Below are positions 19,975 to 28,971 of a stretch of DNA of 46,649 nt, one piece after another; position 1 is the first letter of the stretch, and each line of letters starts with the position of its first letter. The stretch lies in sequence record SRR31156797_3200, one strand, 5' to 3'. The notes beneath the pieces are model-generated. The model did no database searches. It saw nothing but the letters and a program-made list of their open reading frames with translations, and was not told the DNA's origin. A program made the position numbers and the translations under genes.

Positions 19975-20748
19975 TTACTTTTTTACCTTATCATATTTAA
20001 TTCTAGCTTGATTTATCTTTTCTTGCATAAATCCCTCGATATACTTTTGTAGCTCCTCATTATCTGTAGTTTGCATGGGCTTCCCCACAACCACGGTAAC
20101 ATGTCGCCAAGGCATACCTGCCCTACGGATAAAATGTGGCACAAATAAATCATCACCCACCCACGCATCATCCTGGTTTTTGTATTCAATAGCAATGGGG
20201 TAGGTAGGAATATTATTTTGAGAGGCAATGCGGTAAGTACTGGATTTTATCTTACCAATTTCTGGTCCACGGTAGGTTGTTCCTTCAGGATAAACTATCA
20301 AAGAATGGCCCTCATTCAATACATTTTCCATTTTTCGAATATTATTAATTCTACTGGCCATACTTCCTCTGTCTAAAACCAGTGTATCAAACATTTTCAT
20401 CCCCATTCCAAAAAAAGGCCACTTTTTAACCTCTTTTTTCGCAATAATGCGAGAAGGATTTATAGCGAGGTTAATAAAAATGTCAATATAGGATCGATGG
20501 TTCGACAAAATTAATCCGGGCTTGTCAACCTTGCCTTCATATTTTACTGACATTTTCACACCCATAATAAACAAAACGCCTCTTGCCCAAACCCTTATCA
20601 ACAGCCACATAAACTTATTGGGTAAATATCTTAGGAACAATAAATAATAACTGACTGAAAACAAGTATAGAATAAATGTATAAACAAAAACTAATACAAG
20701 TTTTATAAAAGCCAGTGGTGACAATAGGAAAATTAATATTTTATGCAT
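19975..20748 (-). CDS. lysophospholipid acyltransferase (PlsC family)
   Basis: NHRSYID, AKKE, YPEGT motifs. Confidence 0.9.
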   Translation of the reverse strand: MHKILIFLLSPLAFIKLVLVFVYTFILYLFSVSYYLLFLRYLPNKFMWLLIRVWARGVLFIMGVKMSVKYEGKVDKPGLILSNHRSYIDIFINLAINPSRIIAKKEVKKWPFFGMGMKMFDTLVLDRGSMASRINNIRKMENVLNEGHSLIVYPEGTTYRGPEIGKIKSSTYRIASQNNIPTYPIAIEYKNQDDAWVGDDLFVPHFIRRAGMPWRHVTVVVGKPMQTTDNEELQKYIEGFMQEKINQARIKYDKVKK

Positions 20749-21613
20749 TTTTCAGGACTTTTTCAGTTTGCTCTTTACCATATGCAATTAATTCTTCGGC
20801 TTTATTAAACTCGAAGGTATCAGCTGATTCGCGCGATAATTCAATCAAAATTTCCGGCTTATACGTTTTGATCAACTCAATCGTATAAGATTCCTGCATC
20901 ATTTCAAATGAACGAAATAACACGCCATACATGCCTGGTTTTTTATCAGATTTATCCTTATTTATTTTTAATCGTTTCATAGCCTTATCACGCCATTTGT
21001 AAAAGTCTTCCAACAAACCCTCTCTCTCATTTTTATCCGGCAAATCTGTAGGCGTTTCATATTTAATCATGGCATTTAGGTTCACGGCTACCATTTGTTC
21101 TCCTTCAACTTTTTCAAATGCATTCATAGGTAACGGTGTGGCTATGGCACCGTCAACTAACATTCCACCATTATGTTTTACAGGAGTAATAACACCTGGT
21201 ATAGAAATAGAAGCACGTATAGCTTCAAGTAAACTCCCTTTAACAAACCAAACCGGCTCATGGGCAATAATATCAGATGAAACCGCTTTATATGCAATAG
21301 GCAAATCCTCAATCATAGGGTCGCCCAGTATTTTTTTCATTTCCTTCATTATACGGTTACCCTTAATAAATCCCCTGGAATTAAAGCGCACATCAAAATA
21401 ACGCATAATGTCAATACGATTCAGCTCTTTTACCCAATCTGTAAATCCATCCAGCTTGCCGGCTGCATAAAAACCGCCTATTAGTGCCCCAATACTACTT
21501 CCTGCCACCTTCTCAATTTGGTAACCATGTGACTCTAATGCTTGAATCACACCAATTTGAGCTAATCCTCGGGCGCCACCACTTGATAATATTAATTGCA
21601 CTTTCTTTTCCAT
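20741..21613 (-). CDS. patatin-like phospholipase (RssA/NTE family)
   Basis: GGARG, GSSIG, DGA motifs; ATG 21613 preferred over GTG 21619. Confidence 0.9.
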   Translation of the reverse strand: MEKKVQLILSSGGARGLAQIGVIQALESHGYQIEKVAGSSIGALIGGFYAAGKLDGFTDWVKELNRIDIMRYFDVRFNSRGFIKGNRIMKEMKKILGDPMIEDLPIAYKAVSSDIIAHEPVWFVKGSLLEAIRASISIPGVITPVKHNGGMLVDGAIATPLPMNAFEKVEGEQMVAVNLNAMIKYETPTDLPDKNEREGLLEDFYKWRDKAMKRLKINKDKSDKKPGMYGVLFRSFEMMQESYTIELIKTYKPEILIELSRESADTFEFNKAEELIAYGKEQTEKVLKNA

Positions 21614-21622
21614 TGACACAAA

Positions 21623-22657
21623 TTATTTATTGATATTACGGTTGGCTAGTTGTCCGCAAGCAGCTGCAATTTCTTTACCACGGCTCCTGCGAATATTAAC
21701 AATCATATTTTTACCTAACAAATGATTTTCAAATCTCTTTAATCGTTCAGCCGTAGATGGAAGAAAATCAAACTCAGGCACAGGATTATACTCTATAAGA
21801 TTAATCTTAACCGGGAAAGCTTTGCAATAATCAGCCAAAGCTTCAGCTTCTGTAACCGAATCGTTTACATTATTGAGCATTAAATACTCGAAAGTGATAC
21901 GCTCACCGGTTTTTTTGTAGAAATATTTGATAGCACCTGACAACTCCTTCAGGTTATATTTTTTATTGATCGGCATTAGCTCATCTCGGGTTTTATCTAT
22001 GGCAGAATGTAATGAGATGGCCAAATTAAAACGCACCTCATCATCAGCTAAACGCTTAATTCCCGGTACAATTCCAGCAGTGGACAGAGTTATACGCGCA
22101 GGTGACATCTCTAACCCGGGTTTACCGGTAATACGATTGATTGACTCCAATACATTTTCATAGTTCAGCAAAGGTTCGCCCATACCCATGTAAACAATAT
22201 TGGATAGGCTTTCTCCTTTTGCTTCGGCCATCTTCTTTATCTCAAAAACCTGATCATAGATTTCACCTGCTGATAAGTTTCTATTTTTATGCAAACGCCC
22301 GGTAGCGCAAAAAGCACAATTCAAGCTGCAACCGGTTTGTGCAGACACACAAGCTGTAACTCTGTTGCTTGAAGGAATATAAACACCCTCGGCAATTTTA
22401 CCATCAGAAAATCGGAAAACAGCTTTAGTAGTGCCGTCAACAGCTTCCTGCTGATCTTCTATCGTTGACCTGTTTAAGGTAAAATCTTTCTTCAAAGCAT
22501 CAATCAATGCAGCAGGTACATTTCTCATTTCGTCAAATGAAGAAACTCCTTTCTCCCAAATCCATTGCTCCACTTGCTTCTTCCTGAATTTAGGTTGCTT
22601 TATCTCTTTCAAAAAATCATCCCATGCTTCAACTGATAGTGCTCTAATATCCTTCAT
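21623..22657 (-). CDS. rlmN: 23S rRNA m2A2503 / tRNA methyltransferase RlmN
   Basis: CSLNCAFC radical SAM motif, MGMGEP, AACGQL. Confidence 0.95.
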   Translation of the reverse strand: MKDIRALSVEAWDDFLKEIKQPKFRKKQVEQWIWEKGVSSFDEMRNVPAALIDALKKDFTLNRSTIEDQQEAVDGTTKAVFRFSDGKIAEGVYIPSSNRVTACVSAQTGCSLNCAFCATGRLHKNRNLSAGEIYDQVFEIKKMAEAKGESLSNIVYMGMGEPLLNYENVLESINRITGKPGLEMSPARITLSTAGIVPGIKRLADDEVRFNLAISLHSAIDKTRDELMPINKKYNLKELSGAIKYFYKKTGERITFEYLMLNNVNDSVTEAEALADYCKAFPVKINLIEYNPVPEFDFLPSTAERLKRFENHLLGKNMIVNIRRSRGKEIAAACGQLANRNINK

Positions 22658-22864
22658 CTTTATTAAAAATTTAAGCTACAAAAATACTCAGAATAAGTGA
22701 CTTTATGGGTGTTTCAAATCCCAAAATTTCAAATTCCAATTTCCATATATGAATCATTGCACAAATCACGAATCGAAATTTGATTAAGCTTTTGATAACT
22801 ATTTGTCCGATAGATTGTTCATAGTGTACGTATTCGCACGCAAACGATTGTTTCTTGAACATTA

Positions 22865-22895
22865 TTTGCGACGCGCAAACATTGTATTAAATTTG
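22865..22895 (+). promoter_or_regulatory. canonical Bacteroidota promoter
   Basis: TTTG (22865-68), 19-nt spacer, TAAATTTG (22888-95). Confidence 0.65.
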
Positions 22896-22929
22896 CGAAA
22901 AATAAAAAATTAAACCTATTACATACATT

Positions 22930-25092
22930 ATGAAGAGAATTCTTGCAATTTTTATGGGACTTACCCTTATGATTCAAGTTGCTCAAGTTAGAGCAGACGA
23001 GGGTATGTGGCTACCATTGTTGATTGAAAAACTCAACATTGGTAAAATGACCGAAATGGGACTTAAACTTTCGGCTGAAGACATTTACAGTATAAACCAG
23101 GCATGTTTAAAAGATGCGATTATCGCACTCGATCGTGGTTCATGTACCGGAGAAATTATTTCTCAAAGTGGACTTATTTTAACAAACCACCATTGTGCTT
23201 ACGGTGAAATTCAAGAGCACAGTACTGTAGAGCATGATTACCTCACTGAAGGTTTTTGGGCAAAATCATATGAAGAAGAATTACCAAACCCGGGTAAAAC
23301 AGCTTCATTCTTAATTCGCGCTGAAGATGTTACAGATAGAATTTTATCAGAAGTTAAAAAAATTGAAGACGAGGAAGCTCGCCAAACAATTATTGACTCT
23401 CTAAGAAAAGTTATTTCTTCAGAAGCAACAAAAGATACACATTACCGCGGACGTGTTCAAGCTATGTTGAAAGGAAATCAGTTTATACTTTTTGTTTATG
23501 AAGATTTCTTAGATGTGCGCTTAGTAGGTGCTCCACCTGAGTCAATTGGTAAATTTGGTGCTGATACTGACAACTGGATGTGGCCTCGCCATACTGGTGA
23601 CTTCGCAATGTTCCGCGTATATTCAGGTCCGGATGGAAAACCAGCTCCTTTCTCGGAAGAAAACAAACCTTACGAACCAAAAAGTCACTTAAAAATTTCT
23701 CTTAATGGAGTGAAAGAAGGCGACTTTGCAATGATTATGGGTTACCCTGGATCAACCCAGCGTTATCTTTCTTCATGGGGAGTAAAAAATGCTATGGAAT
23801 TCACAAATGAATACCGCGCAACAATCCGTGGAAAGAAACAAGATATTTGGAAAGAAGCTATGGATCAAAGTGATGAGGTACGTATCAAATACGCATCTAA
23901 ATTCGCGCGTTCCTCTAACTATTGGAAATATTCAATTGGACAAAATAAAGGTTTAAAAGCGCTTGACGTAGTTGGTAAAAAACAAGCTCTTGAGGCTGAA
24001 TTTACAAACTGGGTAAACGAAAAGAAAAAACGCCAGAAAAAATATGGTGAAGCTCTTGATTTAATTAAAAACTATCAGGAGTCTACTGCACAAGCTCAAG
24101 GTGACCTAACTGTATTATACGAAACATTAATGGGTGGTACTGAATTACTATTTCAGGCATTCCGCTCAGGAGCCGGACTAGAGCGCGCATTGAAAACAAA
24201 TCCTGATAGCACAGAACTTATTGACAGTTACAAGAAAAGAATCACAAGCGCAGCAGAAGGTTTCTATAAAGATTATGAGCCAGAACTTGACCGCAAGGTG
24301 ATGAAAAAAATGATCGAAGTGTTCAAGGAAATGGTAGCTGCCGAAAAATATCCTGAATTTGTTAAAGCTTTAGAAACTGAAGAGCAAATTGTAGCTTTTG
24401 TAAACAATGTATTTGACAATTCAGTTTTCGCTTCAAAAGATAAGCTGATGTCTTACCTTGAGAATCCAACACTAGATGCATTGCAAAACGATCCTGCATT
24501 TGCTGCCGGGAACGAAATTTACCAGTCTTACAGAATGATGTCAGGTGCCATGTTTAGTGGTATGACAGAATACGAAAAAGGAGAGCGTTTATTTGTTGCT
24601 GGATTAATGGAAATGAAACCGGACAAAAGCTTTTACCCTAACGCAAACTCTACAATGCGATTAACATACGGTACTGTAGGTGGTTACAAACCAGCTGATG
24701 CAGTAACTTATAGCTACTACACTACACTGTCGGGTGTAATGGAGAAAGAAGACCCAGATGTACGTGAGTTTAACGTAATGCCTAAATTGAAAGAGCTTTA
24801 CGAAGCAAAAGATTATGGTCGTTACGCTGATGAGAATGGAGAAATGGTTGTTGGTTTCTTAACCAACAATGACATTACCGGAGGTAACTCAGGGAGTCCT
24901 GTAATGAATGCTAACGGAGAATTAATTGGTGTGGCTTTTGACGGAAACTGGGAAGCAATGAGTGGAGATATTGCATTTGAGCCGGACTTACAACGTACAA
25001 TATGTGTAGATATTCGTTACGTTTTATTCGTGATTGATAAATTTGCAGGTGCTTCAAACCTAATAGACGAAATGACAATTGTGAAAGACTAA
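22930..25092 (+). CDS. S46 dipeptidyl peptidase, DPP7-type
   Basis: DEGMW, TNHHC, TGGNSGSPV; FDGNWEAMSGD has Gly at the S1 position as in DPP7 (Arg in DPP11). Confidence 0.93.
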   Translation: MKRILAIFMGLTLMIQVAQVRADEGMWLPLLIEKLNIGKMTEMGLKLSAEDIYSINQACLKDAIIALDRGSCTGEIISQSGLILTNHHCAYGEIQEHSTVEHDYLTEGFWAKSYEEELPNPGKTASFLIRAEDVTDRILSEVKKIEDEEARQTIIDSLRKVISSEATKDTHYRGRVQAMLKGNQFILFVYEDFLDVRLVGAPPESIGKFGADTDNWMWPRHTGDFAMFRVYSGPDGKPAPFSEENKPYEPKSHLKISLNGVKEGDFAMIMGYPGSTQRYLSSWGVKNAMEFTNEYRATIRGKKQDIWKEAMDQSDEVRIKYASKFARSSNYWKYSIGQNKGLKALDVVGKKQALEAEFTNWVNEKKKRQKKYGEALDLIKNYQESTAQAQGDLTVLYETLMGGTELLFQAFRSGAGLERALKTNPDSTELIDSYKKRITSAAEGFYKDYEPELDRKVMKKMIEVFKEMVAAEKYPEFVKALETEEQIVAFVNNVFDNSVFASKDKLMSYLENPTLDALQNDPAFAAGNEIYQSYRMMSGAMFSGMTEYEKGERLFVAGLMEMKPDKSFYPNANSTMRLTYGTVGGYKPADAVTYSYYTTLSGVMEKEDPDVREFNVMPKLKELYEAKDYGRYADENGEMVVGFLTNNDITGGNSGSPVMNANGELIGVAFDGNWEAMSGDIAFEPDLQRTICVDIRYVLFVIDKFAGASNLIDEMTIVKD

Positions 25093-25113
25093 CTATTCAC
25101 AACGCAATAATAG

Positions 25114-25145
25114 AAAAGCAGAGCCAAGTGGTTCTGCTTTTTTTT
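25114..25145 (+). terminator. intrinsic terminator
   Basis: AAAAGCAGAGCCA-AG-TGGTTCTGCTTTT plus T run. Confidence 0.85.
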
Positions 25146-25232
25146 ATTTATAATTATTATCAATAACCTTATTCACAATTGATTAACAAAAGACATGTGA
25201 TTACAAAAATGATTTTTTTGTAAATTATTGAC

Positions 25233-26657
25233 ATGAAAAATCCTATCATCACTAACGTCAAAAGCAAAGAACGCGAGATTGAGCTGGCACAAACGCTTAT
25301 AGACATTACACAAAAAATTATTGGCACACTTGACTATGAAAAAGTGATGCAAATTATCAGCGATGGAATGTCAAAACTTTATGGAATTGAAACCGGCGCC
25401 ATTTATGTACTTGAAGATAATAATGAGTTAAAACTTGCTGTAGCCAGTCCCCCTCTGCCACCTGAAATGCCAGACTCAGTTAGAAGAGCTGCATTGAGAC
25501 ACCATCCAACAATTGAAAGTGCCATTTTAACAAAAAAACCACAAGTAATTGCTGACGCTACAACTGCTGTTTTATCCCCTGCTGAAAAAGAAATAGTAGA
25601 TATGCGTTCATTACGAAGTATTCTTTATTTTCCTCTTTTAGCAAAAGATAAAATACTTGGTATACTTATACTTAGTACTTGCAACGAAGACAGAACCTAC
25701 ACCGACGAAGAAATATATATGGGACAGGGAATAGCTGACCAACTTTCCGTTGCCATTGAAAACTCATTACTACATGAAGATTTAAAAAACCACAAAGAAA
25801 ATCTGGAAGAATTAGTTAAGCAGCGAACCGCTGAATTGCAAAATGCTAACGAAGAATTACTAGCCATCAATAATGATCTACAAGAGAAAAACGAAATCAT
25901 CAATCAACAAAAAGAAGAAATACAAGCAACCCTAAATAACCTCAAGCTAACACAATCACAACTTATTCATTCAGAAAAAATGGCATCAATTGGTGTATTA
26001 ACCTCGGGTGTTGCTCATGAAATTAACAACCCTCTAAATTTCATAAAAGGGGGATATATAGGAATTAAAAACTTGTTGAATAAATCTGAATTAAAAAACG
26101 AAGAAAAATTAAATCGCTTCTTAAATTCCATTCAAGAAGGAATAGACAGAGCAGTAAATATTGTAAAAGGACTAAATGAGTTTGGCAGAAATAACGAATC
26201 ATTTATAGAAGAGATTGATATAAATACAATCATCGATAATTGTTTAGCTATATTGCAAAACCAAACAAAAAACCATATTGAAATATTAAAATCATTTTCA
26301 GAAAATAATCCTGTAGTTCATGGCAATTCAGGCAACCTACATCATATTTTTTTAAATATTCTTACAAATGCTATTCAATCTATTGATGAAAAAGGCACTA
26401 TCAACATCAAAACCGAAATAAATACTAACGATATCATAATTGAAATTAGAGACACAGGAAGAGGTATACCTAAAAAGATACTACCAAAAGTATTAGATCC
26501 ATTTTTCACCACTAAAGACCCGGGAAAAGGCACAGGTTTGGGACTTTCCATTGCTCATAACTACATAAAAAAACACAAAGGAAACATCAGCATTGAGTCT
26601 GAAGAAAATAAAGGAACAAAAGTAATAGTTTGTTTACCTACAAAACAATCATTTTAA
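25233..26657 (+). CDS. cytoplasmic GAF-domain histidine kinase (orphan)
   Basis: GAF (AIEN end), coiled coil, SEKMAS.G...GVAHEINNP, PFFTTK, GTGLGL; no TM segment. Confidence 0.9.
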   Translation: MKNPIITNVKSKEREIELAQTLIDITQKIIGTLDYEKVMQIISDGMSKLYGIETGAIYVLEDNNELKLAVASPPLPPEMPDSVRRAALRHHPTIESAILTKKPQVIADATTAVLSPAEKEIVDMRSLRSILYFPLLAKDKILGILILSTCNEDRTYTDEEIYMGQGIADQLSVAIENSLLHEDLKNHKENLEELVKQRTAELQNANEELLAINNDLQEKNEIINQQKEEIQATLNNLKLTQSQLIHSEKMASIGVLTSGVAHEINNPLNFIKGGYIGIKNLLNKSELKNEEKLNRFLNSIQEGIDRAVNIVKGLNEFGRNNESFIEEIDINTIIDNCLAILQNQTKNHIEILKSFSENNPVVHGNSGNLHHIFLNILTNAIQSIDEKGTINIKTEINTNDIIIEIRDTGRGIPKKILPKVLDPFFTTKDPGKGTGLGLSIAHNYIKKHKGNISIESEENKGTKVIVCLPTKQSF

Positions 26658-27665
26658 CACCTCTTTACCGCCAGGGTAAAGTGCAAATCTCCCTTTCGAT
26701 CTTTCATGAACATTTTCAACACTTGGCCACGGCCATCCACCGAATTGTGTCTCCTGAAAATCTTTAAATATACCTTGTAGTTCTTCTCGGCTGCTAGCCA
26801 CAAAAGGACCGTGCTGTATTACTGGCTCATTAATGGGTCTACCTTGTAAAAACAAAAAATAACCATCGGATTCTCCATTTACAATAATTGTTTCTTTTGA
26901 GGCATCCAACTCAACCAAATTCCTGCTTTCAATAATATTTTCATCTATATTGAACAGATCACCCTGGTAAAAGAACAAAGTTCTGGTGACATCTTCTTCA
27001 GAAATTGGAATGGAGAATGATGCGCCCGGATCAAGTTTTAATGTCCAGATTTGCACCTGATTATTGGGATCAGCAGCCCAGGAATCAGGAGTTGGGGCAA
27101 GTGCCTTATGATCTCCATAATCACCTGCCACCAACTTGATTTCTGTCGTTTTTCCAGCATTGTCCTTTACTGTTATTACGGGAACATCTTCACTCCAAAG
27201 CATTTTATAATGTGGGTCTGCTTTTTTACTTTTTTGAGGTAAATTCAACCAAATCTGGAAAAGTTCAAATGGGTTTTCATCCTGATTTAATAAGGGGAAC
27301 ATTTCCGAATGTTGAACGCCTCTTCCGGCAGTAAGCCATTGCACATCACCATCACCAAATCGACCGGCAGCTCCAAGAGAATCTGAGTGGTCTACCATGC
27401 CTTTATTTACAATGGTTACCGTTTCGAAACCACTGTGCGGATGGCCAGGAAATCCTGGAACTTTGGAACCATTATACATATTCCATCCATCCTTACCGGC
27501 AAAATCACTTCCCAAATTCCTACCATCCAGAGCAACTGTAGGTTCCATACGCTCATTTCCTCCAGGGAAATTATCATTGTGATAAGCACAGAATATAAAC
27601 GGGTCCTGCGTTTTCCATGGCGAAGTTAAGGGCCGAATGTACTTGATTGGAGTGTTGTTATTCAT
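26649..27665 (-). CDS. pirin family protein
   Basis: HPHSGFET, HSDSLG, GVQHSE, GPFV. Confidence 0.93.
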   Translation of the reverse strand: MNNNTPIKYIRPLTSPWKTQDPFIFCAYHNDNFPGGNERMEPTVALDGRNLGSDFAGKDGWNMYNGSKVPGFPGHPHSGFETVTIVNKGMVDHSDSLGAAGRFGDGDVQWLTAGRGVQHSEMFPLLNQDENPFELFQIWLNLPQKSKKADPHYKMLWSEDVPVITVKDNAGKTTEIKLVAGDYGDHKALAPTPDSWAADPNNQVQIWTLKLDPGASFSIPISEEDVTRTLFFYQGDLFNIDENIIESRNLVELDASKETIIVNGESDGYFLFLQGRPINEPVIQHGPFVASSREELQGIFKDFQETQFGGWPWPSVENVHERSKGRFALYPGGKEVLK

Positions 27666-27673
27666 AGGGTTGT

Positions 27674-28264
27674 TTATTTCATTGTTGTGGTGTAACTACT
27701 ATCTAGCACTAACAAAACATTTAGTGTAAAAATATCATCAATAACATTATCACCTAATCCTTCAAAAAATGATTTTGAGCCGTAACGTACATCAAATTCT
27801 GACCGATCAATTTCGATTTTAGCAGTGTAATCGTTACCTGATTTCTCAACCGGGAATGAAATTGATTTCGTAATTCCCTTAATTGTAGCTAAGCCTTTCA
27901 CAGTTCCTTTACCATTTTTAACGTTAGCTTCTGTAATTTCAAATTTGGCTTCAGGAAATTTAGCAACTGAAAAGAAATCATCTGAATTAAGGTGACCAAC
28001 TAATTTTTGATTATACTCAGCGTTCTTCAAATCAGTGCAGCTAATTGTTGTCATATCGATGGTGAAACTTCCGGCAGTAATATCGCCATCCTTCATTTCA
28101 ACCTGACCATTTTTAATTTGAATGAAACCTTCATGGCCTCCACCAATTTTCTCACCGATCCATTTGATTTTTGAATCTTTGGCTATTACATCTGCCTTCT
28201 GAGCAAATGAAGCCATGCTTGTTAGCGCAAATACGAATGCTACTAAAATTGTTGTCGTTTTCAT
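27674..28264 (-). CDS. YceI family protein
   Basis: signal peptide, W.G.K, HLNSDDFF, IDRSEFDV.YGS. Confidence 0.92.
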   Translation of the reverse strand: MKTTTILVAFVFALTSMASFAQKADVIAKDSKIKWIGEKIGGGHEGFIQIKNGQVEMKDGDITAGSFTIDMTTISCTDLKNAEYNQKLVGHLNSDDFFSVAKFPEAKFEITEANVKNGKGTVKGLATIKGITKSISFPVEKSGNDYTAKIEIDRSEFDVRYGSKSFFEGLGDNVIDDIFTLNVLLVLDSSYTTTMK

Positions 28265-28292
28265 AGTTCTAAATTTGAGTTATTATCTTTTT

Positions 28293-28327
28293 ATGTTTAA
28301 AACAACGTTTGTTTGAAACAAATGTTT
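28293..28327. promoter_or_regulatory. candidate MarR operator array upstream of yceI
   Basis: TGTTT-A-AAACA and TTTGTTT-G-AAACAAA in tandem. Confidence 0.5.
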
Positions 28328-28339
28328 AAATAAAATTTT

Positions 28340-28771
28340 TTATGCTCTTATTTTATGTAAAATTCTCCTTAATTCTTTAGCTTCACTGTCGGATATTTTT
28401 TCTCTAAGAAAATCATGAACAGCTTCTTTGGCGGCTTTATGAGCCTCATTAAATAAAGCTTTTCCACTTTCAGTTAGTGACACATCTATTTTTCTACGAT
28501 TATCCTGACAAGTTTCTCTGTTGATGATATTTTTGTTTACAAGTCTATCCAATAAACGAGTAACATCCGGATTACTCACTAAAATTCTACCTTTAATATC
28601 GCTTGCAGAAACTGGAAAAGGATCATTTTCGTTTAACAAATAAAGCACATTTAATTGAGCATGTGTCAAGCCAAATGGTTTTAAGGCCTGCTTAATGCGT
28701 CCTTCGATCCAACTTCCTGTAAGCAGCAAATTAAAATAGGCTTTAGCGTGTATGTGATCAAATTCACCCAT
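28340..28771 (-). CDS. MarR family transcriptional regulator
   Basis: LT.AQLNVL, TRLLDRL, DNRR, LTESG winged-helix pattern. Confidence 0.92.
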   Translation of the reverse strand: MGEFDHIHAKAYFNLLLTGSWIEGRIKQALKPFGLTHAQLNVLYLLNENDPFPVSASDIKGRILVSNPDVTRLLDRLVNKNIINRETCQDNRRKIDVSLTESGKALFNEAHKAAKEAVHDFLREKISDSEAKELRRILHKIRA

Positions 28772-28781
28772 ATCTTTAAAT

Positions 28782-28812
28782 TAAACAACATTTGTTTACA
28801 ACAACAAATATA
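28782..28812 (-). promoter_or_regulatory. marR promoter with overlapping candidate operator
   Basis: TATATTTG at 28805-12 (minus) adjacent to TAAACAA-CAT-TTGTTTA. Confidence 0.55.
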
Positions 28813-28971
28813 TCATTATTTTTGTTCAACCGAAATATTTCAAGCATTTCATATATTACATCACATCTAAATTATTCCACTTAAAAACCTGGTGCCTAAA
28901 AATTTAATATTGTTGTGATTTCTGCTATTATTTTTTTTTGTATCTTGTTTATCCAACTATTTTTTAACCAG

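Noticed and set aside
21623-22657. Cfr resistance methyltransferase
   Set aside because: Housekeeping context and overall sequence fit RlmN; not tested phylogenetically
22671-22862. 63-aa minus-strand ORF
   Set aside because: Spans the rlmN promoter and repeat-like intergenic motifs; no protein-like features
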